A stretch of DNA of 64,000 nt, taken from Vairimorpha necatrix (taxonomy: Eukaryota). The first letter of the stretch is position 1, and each line of letters begins with the position of its first letter. The stretch is taken from positions 496,001 to 560,000 of the forward strand of contig CP142729.1 in assembly GCA_036630325.1 (NCBI GenBank). The letters are read 5' to 3'. Shown in pieces: positions 51,627 to 64,000 of the stretch. The notes below the pieces were generated by a model that was not told the origin of the DNA, did no database searches, and was given only the letters and a program-made list of their open reading frames with translations. Position numbers and translations under genes: made by a program.

Positions 51627-53956
51627 TACATTTATAACATATTAGCTTAGAAATATACTTTCCTCATACAATTGATATGAACTGTTTTAAAGTCGTAGTT
51701 TTAGATATATTTTTTAAGCGTTGCCATAATTTTGTTTTTCTAAAAAACCTTTATCTAAGTACATATCTATATTTAATGGTTTATTTACAAGATTCGAGTT
51801 TTTTTATATATTTATGTTAAATATAGTACATTAAAAAATCAACACTTATGATATCTCCCCGGATTTTAATTAGCGTTTTTATTTTTTAAGAGTTGAAAGT
51901 AACCATGTATGTAATATTTAATTATAATTAAAGAAATTATTTGAATACCAATTTAAAATCTATTTTCAAATATAGTATTATTTATTTTATAAAGTCAAGA
52001 TTTCTAAATTTTTGTCTCTATGTTAATGACAAAAAAGAAGTCAGTTGTAACTGACACATATGTTCAGATTGCAATGATTAAGATCATCCAGAGTTATATT
52101 ATTAAATCTGAGGCAAGGCAGCTTTAAAAGACTGTAGTAAGGCGAATAATTGAGTTTGTCATCGATAGTGTACATAAACACTGCAACGATAAGTTAGTAA
52201 AAGCTATTGATGAACTTTTATAATTACGTCATATGATTTATTGTATTACCTGATCTAGGTTTTATGATGCTTTTTTTTGTGCTAAAATAATACAGTAAAC
52301 ATTTTTTTATTAATATTACTAAAAGAAATTTTTCTAGTAAATGCTAACACTATATTATAATTTCTTAACCAAGGGCTATATACTATTTATAAAGTTTTCA
52401 TTATACGGTTTAAAACATTTAAAAATATAGTTAGTTCAAAACAATAGAATCTCTTTTCTCTAGATGTTAGTATTAAAAAAATTAAATGGACAATAAACAC
52501 AATGGAATTACAAAATAAATATTTCCTCTGTAACGAATTTGTATTAACATATAATGATTTCAACCACTATACTTTTTGAAAAAAATCATCATTCAAATGC
52601 AATTGGTCTTGCTACTACTTTAAACAAAAATTCTTAAAAAAACAATATACAAGTGAATACTATGTTGTTCGATATTTGCTATATACCCATAATCTTATTT
52701 ATACATGTATTTATACTAATAAATAATTTACACTCTATACCAATATGAATCTTTATATTTTATTTACATATTTATAGATTCATGGTCAATTTAGAACCCT
52801 AATTCGTAAATTGATCATTATTTTGGTTTTTTTATCGCTTACTATATCATCAAAAATAAAGGTATGCTTGTTCGCACCCATTATCTTTAAGGAATCATTT
52901 TCGAAATCTCTACTCTTTTGTGGTCCGAAAGATGGTGCTAAGTTCACCTAGCGGGCACCAATGAATATACAATTAAACTTGGTCAGTAACTATACCCCCT
53001 CAGATTAGCACGTAAAGTATAATTTTTGTTTTGTATCCATAAATTTGCTGAGTTTATTTTATGAGGGCTGTACACGGGTTTTTTATAATTTGTTACTCCG
53101 TGTCATTCCTGTGAAAACTATTCATACAGTAAGATTTCGATTTTATGCTTCAAAATGATAATTTAATTGTAGCTTTACGGGTCATTTAAATATTATAATA
53201 TAGGACATGTAATTATAAGTGCCATCTTGATGGTCTTAACATACAAAATTTTTTATTCGAATTGGATCACCTTCTGGTCTTTAGAAACGCATAATACAAT
53301 TTAACTAATATTTTGTTTTTTTTTGTTGGTTTTTGAAAGTCTTTATTGGTCATTTATAACACACAAAGTGTACGTGTCGAGATTTTATGTTCAGTTCTAA
53401 TATAATGTCTATAGTCTGTGAAATTTTTGATCAATTATAGTATTAACTGCAAATACAATGCTTAAAGTAATAAGTAAGCTAATTATTTATCTATACATCT
53501 TCAAAAATGATGATTAATTATGAAGCATATAATTTAGATCCAGAGTTCTTGCTTGAAAAAAAAAATTTAAATAAAATTTGTTATTATATTCACTATATTA
53601 GTTCTAGTTTCATAAAATTTAAGATAACAAAGGACGAAAATTTAAAACAAAATAATAACGAAAAGTCTTTTATTTATTCTTCGCATTCCCTTTTTTTGTT
53701 TAGTATTAACAAAATAACATGATTACTGTTACGTAGAAGTAGAACAGTGACAATTCAATATACAAAAAAATTGAATGAATAATATTTACCATTGTTGTAG
53801 TTTATATGATATTATGTCGACCATTTTAATAATTAATTTACAAACAAATTACAAGACCTGCTCTCGAAATTTAAAGATATGTCAGTAAAATTTCTTTTTA
53901 TAAATTTAAAAATCTGTTTTTTTTTGTTGGAAGTACTGAAAGAAATTAAAGAGTTA

Positions 53957-55345
53957 TTATGATATATTGTATATCCTATTTAATTCATTGTACAATTTTA
54001 TTGTATATTTAGTTCTAGATGATAAATTAAATAAGTAACCTCTTAAACAACCTATTATTTTAACAATTTTTACATGTAAATTATAATCTAAAGACTTATT
54101 TATACTCATCTGTTGTTTCAAACTTTCAAAAATTTCAATTATCGGTATATAATTGAAAACAGAAAATATTCCAATATTGTAGTTATGAATTTTTATCCTA
54201 TACTTATTTGAGATCTTTTTATTTGGGGCTATTTTTTTTTTCATGTCATAAACTGTTAAAAAAAATTCAAAAATCCTTATAAATTCCAAAATCAAATTTC
54301 CTATATCGAAATTTATTCGCAATGCAATTATTTCATTTTTAATTCTGGGCAATTGTCGTTTCTTTAAGTAATATAAATAACTTTGTGATATTTTACTAAT
54401 TTGTATATAAAGCTCAAAAACATGTTCGTGTGATTTCATACTTTTTATATTAGTTGTAATTTTTTCATAACCAGTGATTATTATTTTTTTTTTCTGATCA
54501 ATAAAATTTTCTATTTTATTTTTACATTCTGATAATTGATTTCTCAAATGTCTGAAATCCAATGATTGATCATAATTTGAATCTTGTGATAATTGACTAT
54601 ATTCTCTAAAATTCTCCGGCCTTTGTAAATTTTCGTCGTTCGTAACTATAAACGAATTTAATTCTAAAGCTATATTCTCTATATCAATATTTTTTTCTAT
54701 ATCATCATTGCAAAAATATATTTCCATTTCATCTTTCAAAGTTTTATTACTATCGCAAGAATACTTTGTCTCTATTTCCCCTGTATTTATATCAATAAAT
54801 TTCTCCAATTCATTATTGCAAATGAACGACACTGTTTCGTTTCTTGCATAATTAGAACCTTCGAAATAAGAAGTAGGCTCTATTTGCAGTGTTTCTGTCT
54901 CATTTCGACTGGCTTTATTTATTGAGTTATAATTTATAATTCCATCGTCTTTTGATTTTGTATTATCAAAACAATAAGTCGACGAAAATTGCACTGTGTC
55001 TGTCGAAATATTTTCCTCGGCGTCATTATTAGCGATACAGGCCGTTATAGCATCTTTCAAAAAATTGTAATTATAACATTCATCAACTATGTTATATACA
55101 TTAGTATTAGCATTCATCTTGTTAGTGGGTTCGGTGTTATAAAATAGATCACCAGTAAGAGTGGGTTCTATAGAATTATAATGAGTAAATTGATTTTCAA
55201 GTTCATCATATGATCTGAATAGAGTTAAATCATGAATATACGTTGTATTTAAAGAATTAGTAGTCACATGATCACAAGAAATGTGTCCTAGATATTCTTT
55301 CCAACCTAATTGTGCGCAAAATGCAAAATCAAAAGTAAAAATCAT
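53957..55345 (-). CDS. Orphan family C protein (462 aa), acidic Asn-rich N-half and basic helical C-domain
   Basis: Start re-assigned from TTG 55381 to ATG 55345 (TTCCTTAAA-ATG). MIFTFDFAFCAQ aligns with MIFNLDFIFSSQ of the paralogue at 63886. Confidence 0.85.
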   Translation of the reverse strand: MIFTFDFAFCAQLGWKEYLGHISCDHVTTNSLNTTYIHDLTLFRSYDELENQFTHYNSIEPTLTGDLFYNTEPTNKMNANTNVYNIVDECYNYNFLKDAITACIANNDAEENISTDTVQFSSTYCFDNTKSKDDGIINYNSINKASRNETETLQIEPTSYFEGSNYARNETVSFICNNELEKFIDINTGEIETKYSCDSNKTLKDEMEIYFCNDDIEKNIDIENIALELNSFIVTNDENLQRPENFREYSQLSQDSNYDQSLDFRHLRNQLSECKNKIENFIDQKKKIIITGYEKITTNIKSMKSHEHVFELYIQISKISQSYLYYLKKRQLPRIKNEIIALRINFDIGNLILEFIRIFEFFLTVYDMKKKIAPNKKISNKYRIKIHNYNIGIFSVFNYIPIIEIFESLKQQMSINKSLDYNLHVKIVKIIGCLRGYLFNLSSRTKYTIKLYNELNRIYNIS

Positions 55346-58300
55346 TTTAAGGAATAAATAAATTAAATAGTTTAATAACAATTACATTATTGAAATTCTA
55401 TTTTTGCATTGATCATACACGAAATATCCTACGGCTTAATCTTTTGTAGAAGGCGCTCTTTTTTATTCAAGCAACTTCTCACTTATTGAATAGTTCAATG
55501 TGCAACCTATGGCTTTCCGCCATCGTCTTATCTTGCTATGACAAAATAAAAAAAGATAGAACTTTAATATAAATTGCTAAGCGTTAACATCGAAGGACTG
55601 ATACAATATATCTCTATTTTTGAAAGATAGCATTATTTTATAGATCAAATCAAGTCAAATTCAATCAAGTTCGGTTATATGTGTATATTTTGAGATAGCT
55701 ACGTTTGTTATTATAATTGAAAAAAACGGTAAAACTATCATAATTTATTTCTTTTGGTTACAATTTGCTATAAGTGAAGAAGATGACATATGATACTACA
55801 ATAAAAAATGCATGATAAATTATTTTGATTTTTTGTTGCAAAGTAAAAAAAAAGTAATTATTTTCTACATTAAACATTGACTTGTTTAAGATTTTAGATC
55901 GCTAATATAATAAAATATATGAAATTGGCTTTATTGTCTAAATTTGTATATGTAACCGACCGATTAGTACATATTCTTGAGTACATCATCCACTAAGGTT
56001 ATAATAGAACATTCCAAGGGTTCCATTGTAAAACTTCAAGAATTACGATTAATACCAGTAGATACTACATGAAGGTTCGTAAAAGACGAAGTGTTGACAC
56101 TCAGATACAATTACCATGGTAACATAAAATCTTGAAACCTAATTTTTCTTTCGGTAAAAGGTTAATGGGTATATATTTCGACACTTGAAATTTTAATTTT
56201 GATATTTCAATATAATAATATACATAATTTCATGTGAATGTCGTATCTTTGGTCTATTTACATCTTTCTATAGAAATTAATTACCCAAAGCTGAATGTAA
56301 TAAAAAAAATTATAGGTGAGTATATTAAAATTACTAATGCATAAAAATTCACATTTACATAGTTGCTTAAAATTAAATCTAAAGAGTTGTCTTTGACATT
56401 TTAAAATCTAAAAAATCTTTAATGTGTAAGAAATAAAAGTTTATAGATCAATTACATGTTTTCATAAAACGCATACCATTTATAGTCGGATTTGTATATT
56501 TTTCTATTGCCCGTACAACACTTTTAAGGTGCCTAGTTTACTATAGAAGTTAAAATTGACTTTTATTTATAAATTAATATGGAAACCATAGTTTGGGGAG
56601 GAAAGAGAAACAAAATGCTAATAAAATATATAATTGTGGTAATATGACCACATAACATCTCTATTCAAATCGGATGTAATTTACAATTTTTAATTATTTT
56701 CCCTCCTTCTTATTTTAAAATATTTAATAAATCCCAAACAAAAAGAAATGGAGTCCAAGGAGAAGCACTCAAATAAACATTTTAACAATAAGAATTATAA
56801 AAGCCTGCCAGCGACAGACGGGCAAACGTATAGTTTTTTAGAGTATTACTTTAGAACAAGCCGCATCCCTGTGCAGAACGCCAATAATAAATTATAAGGG
56901 TGTATTATTGTCTTGATTTATCCGCAAAAATATATGACTTTTTACTAAGCAGCACATTTTTTAAGCAACATAATTCTGTGGTACATTCCGGCAAACCAAA
57001 TATACAGTTTTATTAACTTTGCATTATCCTATTTGACACACCTTATGTTTTTTGTATCTGTAACAGGGTTATGAAATGATCATTCTTTATTTGTTTTCCT
57101 TTTGGTTGTCTAGTGGTAAAATATAAATCTTCAAAAGTCCAAGTAGTTTAAACAAAAGATTTCCGTCTTATGATATTATCTCCCGTAGTAGATTGTCTCA
57201 AATCGAGTGATTTATCCCTATACAAAATATTAGACAAAAGCATCCGCAAGAAATAGACTTTGTATCACATTATCGATATTTGGTTATTCATGATTACATC
57301 AATTTTATTTTACTGTTTATATAACAATTGCAGGTGTATGTTTTTATTATTTATAGCGCACAAATGTATATCTAGAATTGGAAAAAGTATTTTTTTTTGT
57401 TTTAAAAAATCTTAAGAGTTTCTTCCGTAAGTAAAAAATTTTGAACAAACTCTCCGTCATATTTTTTTTTAATTTACAAATAATACAATCTCCCTTTTGT
57501 ATATAAGAATAGTTTAAACTTATTTTCATTAAATTGAATTTGTATATATAGAAACTATCTTTGGAGAAGTCGTTTGTGATCAAAGTTCTTCAACGACCAG
57601 AAAATTGCTAACATCTAAAGCAGAACATATTTAGAGAGTTGTACTGAATAGGGTTGGTTTTCTTTTCTCACAATTTTAAAAATGCATTTATGACATAATC
57701 ACGTTTAATGTTCAATGTAAATCCAAATAAAATTTCGAAATTAGACTTCTTGTTAGCCTTGTTTTTTAGATCCAGACCATACTTTAAATTGAGATAACTA
57801 TTCTTCTATAGATAGTAACACCCGTTGCAGTGTTGGCAGTTATAATTATATTAAATTGGTTTTAAAGTAAGTTTATATGAGCTTTTAACGTTCATTTGCT
57901 GATTTTGTATCAAATTGAATGACTTTTCGAATATACGTGTTATTGAACATTCTATCTAGAAAATATTTTTCTAAATATTTTTGAAAAAAAAAAATTCCAT
58001 TTTTTGCTCCATATTTAGGTCGTGCATATATTTCAAAGATGCACCAAGTTCTTTAAAAACGAACTGCAATGAACTCAACCCTCGTGTTGCTTGTTTCAAA
58101 TATTATTGAAATCTTGTATGGTACATAAAACGATGGTCCCTTTAATATGAAATGCAGTACTGACTTTAACTTTAATTATATGACGTTTAGCATACACCAT
58201 TGGCTTACTTATTACTATAAATGGTGAAAGACTTAGTCTTAAGGAAGCTACATATTAGTATTCCTTTCCAGAAAAATCTATAAATTTTAACATGCCTTTT

Positions 58301-61300
58301 TATGATAATCTGCTTGACTTTTATTGCTTCTTAAAAGTATTCTTATTTTCCGCCCTGAGTCTCAATTATTTTCCTCTTAGCGTTTATTAATATTTTCAGA
58401 TGCATTTTTTTTGTCAAAAATAAAGCTTCATTTCAGAAAATCCATCTTCACGGATTTCAAAAAAAATTTACATAATCAGTTATATCTTCTAAGAATTTTA
58501 CATTAAGTTCTTTTTGACATTCCCTATAGAAATTATCACCTGTAACACCATTAAAATTTATAAATTTAATTTATGTACGCAACTTGTTTTTTTTGTAACC
58601 TTTTTTTGCATAAAAATCTAGTTTATAAGTAAAAGTATTATATTTCCTTGAATTTTTCTTGGCTATTTAAATTGTATTACTTTTAGTATAAGTCATGGTT
58701 ACATTTGCTGTTTACTATCCAAGAAGTTAGACAACGCGTTTTAGGAAACTTATAAAACAAAAAAAAATATTATCCGGGTAATATATCTGACGAGCTAGAC
58801 AACGGTATCTGACAGTTATTACTCAAAGCATAACAACAAAAAATTATAAAAAATAATCTAACAACGGTAGAAATCTATTAAAAAATGTCATTTAAATAAA
58901 CTTGATAAGTATTAGATATTATTGTTTAAATGATAAGTTTAAAATGGTCGTTACTTATTATGGTATATTATTTGCATATAACAATTTCCACACAAAGAAT
59001 CAATAGAATTCATTATTTTATGTACTGCTTGGTAATTTTAATGACAACTCGTGGCACTTTATTGTAAAAAGTTGTAAAATAACAGAGGATTTACTATAAA
59101 TTCCCCTTTACCAATGGAAAAAAGAATCTAAATTATAGCCTTGACTTTCGTAATCTGAATAAAATTTATAGAAATCAAAAAACAACTCAAAAACAAGTCG
59201 TAATAAACCTATACATTGTACTAAAATAATGTTTTTCAAGAACAATAATTCAATTTTACTTCAGACGCTTTCATAACCAAGATCTCTACTTTATATATAC
59301 GTTTGAATTTAATATAAAGTGAGTTTTCGATCAATCTAGATATAACGATTTATTTAAAAAGAATTAAAATGTCGTAAATAAAAACATTCGTAATTCATAT
59401 ATTTATCTACTGATCAAATTGTACTTTTGTAAGCATTATACTGTAGTTTCAAATTGGTGTTGTTTATAACTTAGAGATTTATGAAACACATGGGAAAAAT
59501 TTTATTCTGGTGTCTATAAAATCAACAAACTGATATTTAAGGCTTTAATGTATATTTTATTAGGATTATTTTTAATATAGCAAAAAAAAATTTAAATCAC
59601 TTTAAATGTGTGTAATTTTGCTTAATAGAATATGATATAACTAAAATCTATTTTACACATTCAACATCCCTTAACTCAAATTTAGAAACCATTATTAAAA
59701 AAAATTTTATTGCCTACGATAAGAATAATTAACCAATCATATTCTTGCAAATGAGAGAAAGGGGCTTATAAAATATTGAGATTGCGACAACAACAAATAA
59801 TACAGCACGCACAAAAAAGACGAAAAATACTATTAATACCTAGATATAGAACTCGATGCGGCTATACAAGTGAACATTGTTTTGGAAAGAATTTAAAATA
59901 GCTATGTATATAAATTTAAGGAAAACTTTACTAGAACCTTACTAACTATTAGGAGGATAAAGCGAACGCTGCGAGGAAAGTAATTTGTCATTTTATTAAG
60001 AAAAATGCAGCAACTTACTAGAATAATGATCTGATCAAGAGAAGCTCCTGGCATTATCAAAAATGAAGATTACTAAATGTTAATCACAATGTTACAAGAA
60101 ACAAAAGAGAGATACGATTGGATATTTAAAAAACTACAAGCCTCATATCGAATGATTATAAACAAAATAACAACAGTACTAAAAGCGCTTTGAAATGAAA
60201 TTGCAAGTAAAATTAATATCATTTACACAAAAAAAAAACAATGCAGTAATAAAAAGAACTTACAGTGCAATAAATTATAAAATTTTTGAAATAGCTATTA
60301 TAAAAAATAGAGAACTTTTTGGTTGATTGTTGATACGAGACATTTATGGAAATATCTTCTGTACACAATTTATGTTAAACCGCCTACTAATTTTTAATTT
60401 ATTCTTTCATAGAAAAGGTTACGACAATTGGCACTTAAATTAGCAGAGCGCCAGTTTTAATTGATGCCATAAGACCACCAAATCATTGTATAGATTTTAG
60501 TAAAGCAATTATGTATGTAACGCGTAACATTGATTCACATCAGTTAACAGATAAAAACACTAATGATATGTGCGAAAAGTATTGTAAAATAATCGGACAT
60601 GAATCGTCAAATAGTCTAGATACATGATTTTACAATCACATAAATGGAAAATTATGTTCACAACAAAGCCGAATTGGTAAGCAGTTGTAAAAATTTTTAC
60701 GTTTTGACTTCCAAATCTTAAAAATAAGAACGGAATAATATTTTAGTAAAAACTTGCCCGGCTCAAAAAATCAACCTTCTGGATGCTCTCTGACAACAGT
60801 AAAACGATTAAATATAAATAGCAATTATTTATTTTTTAAAATGGAAAAAAAATTTTTTAAGAAGCAAAAATGGTGCTGTAAATGGCGGCAATCGAAGGAT
60901 TGATTATTAGTGAACGTTAAATCCGGAAAGGTCTTTTCAGGCATGTAACAGAGCACACAACTCAATTAAAAATTAGGGATCGAAATATTACATATCATAG
61001 AATTTTGTATCTTAAGCCAACACTAAATTAGGACCTCGGTAAAAAAATATCATATAGATATTGATCGGCAAATTACTAAAATTATCAAATAATACAAAGT
61101 AGGAGAATGACTGTCGTCATAAAGCTACCTTTGTAAGTTTTTTTTGTAGTACAAAATTCGATTGGAACTTCGGCATATATTTAAGAGATGGCGTTTAATC
61201 CGCCTTTGCATGATTTTTACTATTTATTAAAATAAATCAAAGTGATTTAATTAATGCTCTTGATTGAAGGAAAAACTTAAAAAATTCTAATGTAAAAAAC

Positions 61301-62716
61301 GATATGATCGATATTTACTCTATCATGCATTGTCACATATTTGCCTCAGTACTAAATAAATAAAAAATATTGTTTACTCAGTCTTCTTTATTGTTTAAGA
61401 TAATTTAACAAATTACTGCATAGACATGTAGATTTTAATCACATAGTTTTGAGCAATTTATTCTTAGTGTTTTGCTATAAATTGTACATAAAAAAACCTA
61501 TAATCCCCCATTTTCACTTTTATTGTATTTTATATATCCGTTTATTTTCAAAAAACAAACTTTATCTCGCTCCTTTGTGCCAGTCACAACAAACTCCGGA
61601 ATGACAAGTTCTAGGCCTGATAAGTGACAGTGACGTTTGCTATTTTTTAACAACTGCTTTTTGTTGTTGCAATAGTCGCTTAACATGTTGCCAGCAAAAA
61701 AAAATTACAGTACAGAGAGATTGATTGCCTTTTTTGTTGACTAAATGCTATGATTGAAATTCTTCTCACCATGCAAAGAAGGGTTGATGACTCTATGGGA
61801 AAAATTAAATCTAGAATATATTCTTGTGGTTTTTAGCAACAAAAAAGAATTTATAACGTCTACAAATATAGATAGAGGACTTTATCGGATATGGCTCATG
61901 TCGTGTATATTATATATATAAGGTCTCCCATATTGGTATATAGTAGCATAGTTTGGCTGTAGACTGAAAATTATCATAGAGACTAAAAAAACCTACACAA
62001 TTTAAACGCATTTTTTTGTGTATTATCTTGATGGTTTTGTTTATATACTGATTTGTTTTTATCATAGAGAAGACATATTAAATCATTATATGCAAAATTT
62101 TTTTTTTGCAAAGAGGATGGTTAATACAATAACAAACAAAATCTTTCTAAAATATATCAAGAATTTACAGTGAATTGTTTTTTCTATATGACTCAAAATT
62201 AAGCTATATAATTTTGTGTATGTTTAATTTTTAATGTAGGTTCTGGCAATTTATAATAAGAAAACTATTCTAAGTAATACTATTATTTACAATAATAATA
62301 ATAGATGTGCTATTTATTTCATACATTCACTACTTTAGAATACAAAAAATAACAATATTTTTATACACTCAAATTATTGCACATTAAAATAAATAAGTTC
62401 ATAGATCAAAAATGAAGAATCGTATGAATATTTTACAGATAATACTATGATTGATATTTAATCCTTAAACATAAGCTTTACATATGGGTTAGTCAAATTT
62501 ATACAATTGTATAAATTACAAAGCAAATATAAATAATGCAGTAAGTACGTACATATTGCTTGCTGGTAAATAAGTAAATAAGTCAAAATTAAGATTATTA
62601 AATAAAAAAATATAATAAGTATTTATAAAATTCAATCGTCAATAATAATTACCATAAAATATGCCCTGTTAAATGTGAAGCTTATTATATCGCCAATACA
62701 AATAAAATAGTAGTTT

Positions 62717-63886
62717 TCATGTATTATATAGATGATTTAACTTTTCGTAAGTTTTTATAACATGGGATGATCTTGATGATAATTTGATTAAATTTCTTTT
62801 TATCGATCTTAAAATTACATCTAGCTTCTTATGCACAGCAATATCTAAATCTACACAAAAATTCAATACATAATTCATTTTTTTATATGTTTCGATTATT
62901 GGTATATGAATAAATAAAGAAAATATTTCCATATTATAATTATGAATCTGAATTCTATACTCATTTGGTATCATATATGTTGGTGGTATATTTTTTTTCA
63001 TATCATAAATTGTCAATAACAATTCAAAAATTTTTATAAACTCCAATAATGTGTTTTGAATTATAGGAGGTACGCACAATATATTAATTTCAGACTTAAT
63101 TTTAGGCAATAGTTGGATATTTAAGTAATACAAATAATTTCGTTTTATTCTACCAATTTCTCTATAATAACAACTTGCCTGTATATCGCTATATGTATTT
63201 ATTATATCTTTTGTATTTTTTATTTTTTCTGGACTTAATTTATTTTTTATTTTTTCTTTATAGTTATTTATTTAAATTTCACATTCGGACAAAACATTCA
63301 TTAAATATGTAAAATCCAATGGTTGATTAGAAGTCGACTTTGGGTAAAAATTTTTAAATTCGACTCCAGTTTTTATTGTTTTAGACGCTCTCGTGCATGT
63401 ATTTAACAACTTATTAAACTTCGGTTTTTTGGTATTTATCTTAATATTCTGGTCATCATTATTACTAGTACACGCCAGTATTTCACCAGTCGAAAAATTT
63501 GAATTAATAAAACGAGAATTTGATCTGTTATTAGTTTCGTCAGATTCAGTATTTTGCTTGACAATGTTATTAAAATTTTCGGACACAGTTTCATCAACTA
63601 AAGAACTAAAATTATTGACGTCATCATTCAGATCAGAAACATTTATGTTAGTAATATAATTGCTAGAGCCTCTTGCGTTGCTATTAAAATTGGATGCAGG
63701 ATTTATGTTCATAGAAGTATTGTAATAAATATGTTTTTCAAGTTCCTCATATGGCTTAAATCCAAATGGATCTAGAGAATTGATAATAGATATGTAATTA
63801 TAATTTCTGATTTTGCGTTTTTCCATTCCTTCGTTTTTACTATGATTTGATTGGCTAGAAAATATAAAATCCAAGTTAAAGATCAT
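62717..63886 (-). pseudogene. Family C paralogue with one in-frame premature TAA (63274-63272)
   Basis: The two listed ORFs share a frame and the intervening codons are open. The stop aligns to Lys in the paralogue (CEI*IN vs CKNKIE). AACCCATAAT precedes the ATG. EFIKIFELLLTIYDMKK matches EFIRIFEFFLTVYDMKK. Confidence 0.85.
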
Positions 63887-64000
63887 ATTATGGGTTACTA
63901 ATCATATTATTAAAAACTTGCTTTTTAGTAAATTTCAGAAAAAAAATGTTTTTTACAAATCAGTAAGTTCAAAATTAGTTCTACAGCATATTATAACTAT

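Noticed and set aside
56700-58800. GC-richer patches suggesting decayed coding sequence (also ~7900-8250, 42250-42950, 52860-53300, 60400-61200)
   Set aside because: Probably old transposon debris, but no diagnostic motif series could be read in any frame.
59700-60200. Possible LINE endonuclease remnant (LLGG, RLDI fragments)
   Set aside because: Too eroded to call by eye; needs a frameshift-aware HMM search.
63272-63274. Stop-codon reassignment as an explanation of in-frame TAA here and at 18346
   Set aside because: TAA terminates the intact genes at 241, 16481, 28999, 45417 and 47383, with family A stops at homologous positions, so the standard code applies.

Overview
Very AT-rich, gene-sparse eukaryotic DNA, most consistent with a repeat-rich region of a microsporidian genome. 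This is inferred from intronless ORFs and a CCC motif just upstream of nearly every credible ATG; the species cannot be determined. No recognisable housekeeping, rRNA or tRNA gene was seen. Host coding content is six intact orphan genes and two disrupted paralogues, mostly with signal-peptide-like N-termini and falling into three paralogous families. The rest is transposon-derived: a complete Ty3/Gypsy element, an older deleted Gypsy element, a MULE with 9-bp TSD, five non-autonomous Helitron copies (three in tandem), a MITE, two Tc1 remnants and a Ginger-like integrase remnant. The most striking item is the 3,546-bp Gypsy element at 35129-38674. Its identical LTRs are only 70 bp, its single gag-pol frame starts at a host-type CCCCC-ATG inside the LTR and reads through the PBS, and its stop codon overlaps the PPT. 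A second, dissimilar Gypsy element in the window appears to share this micro-LTR design.
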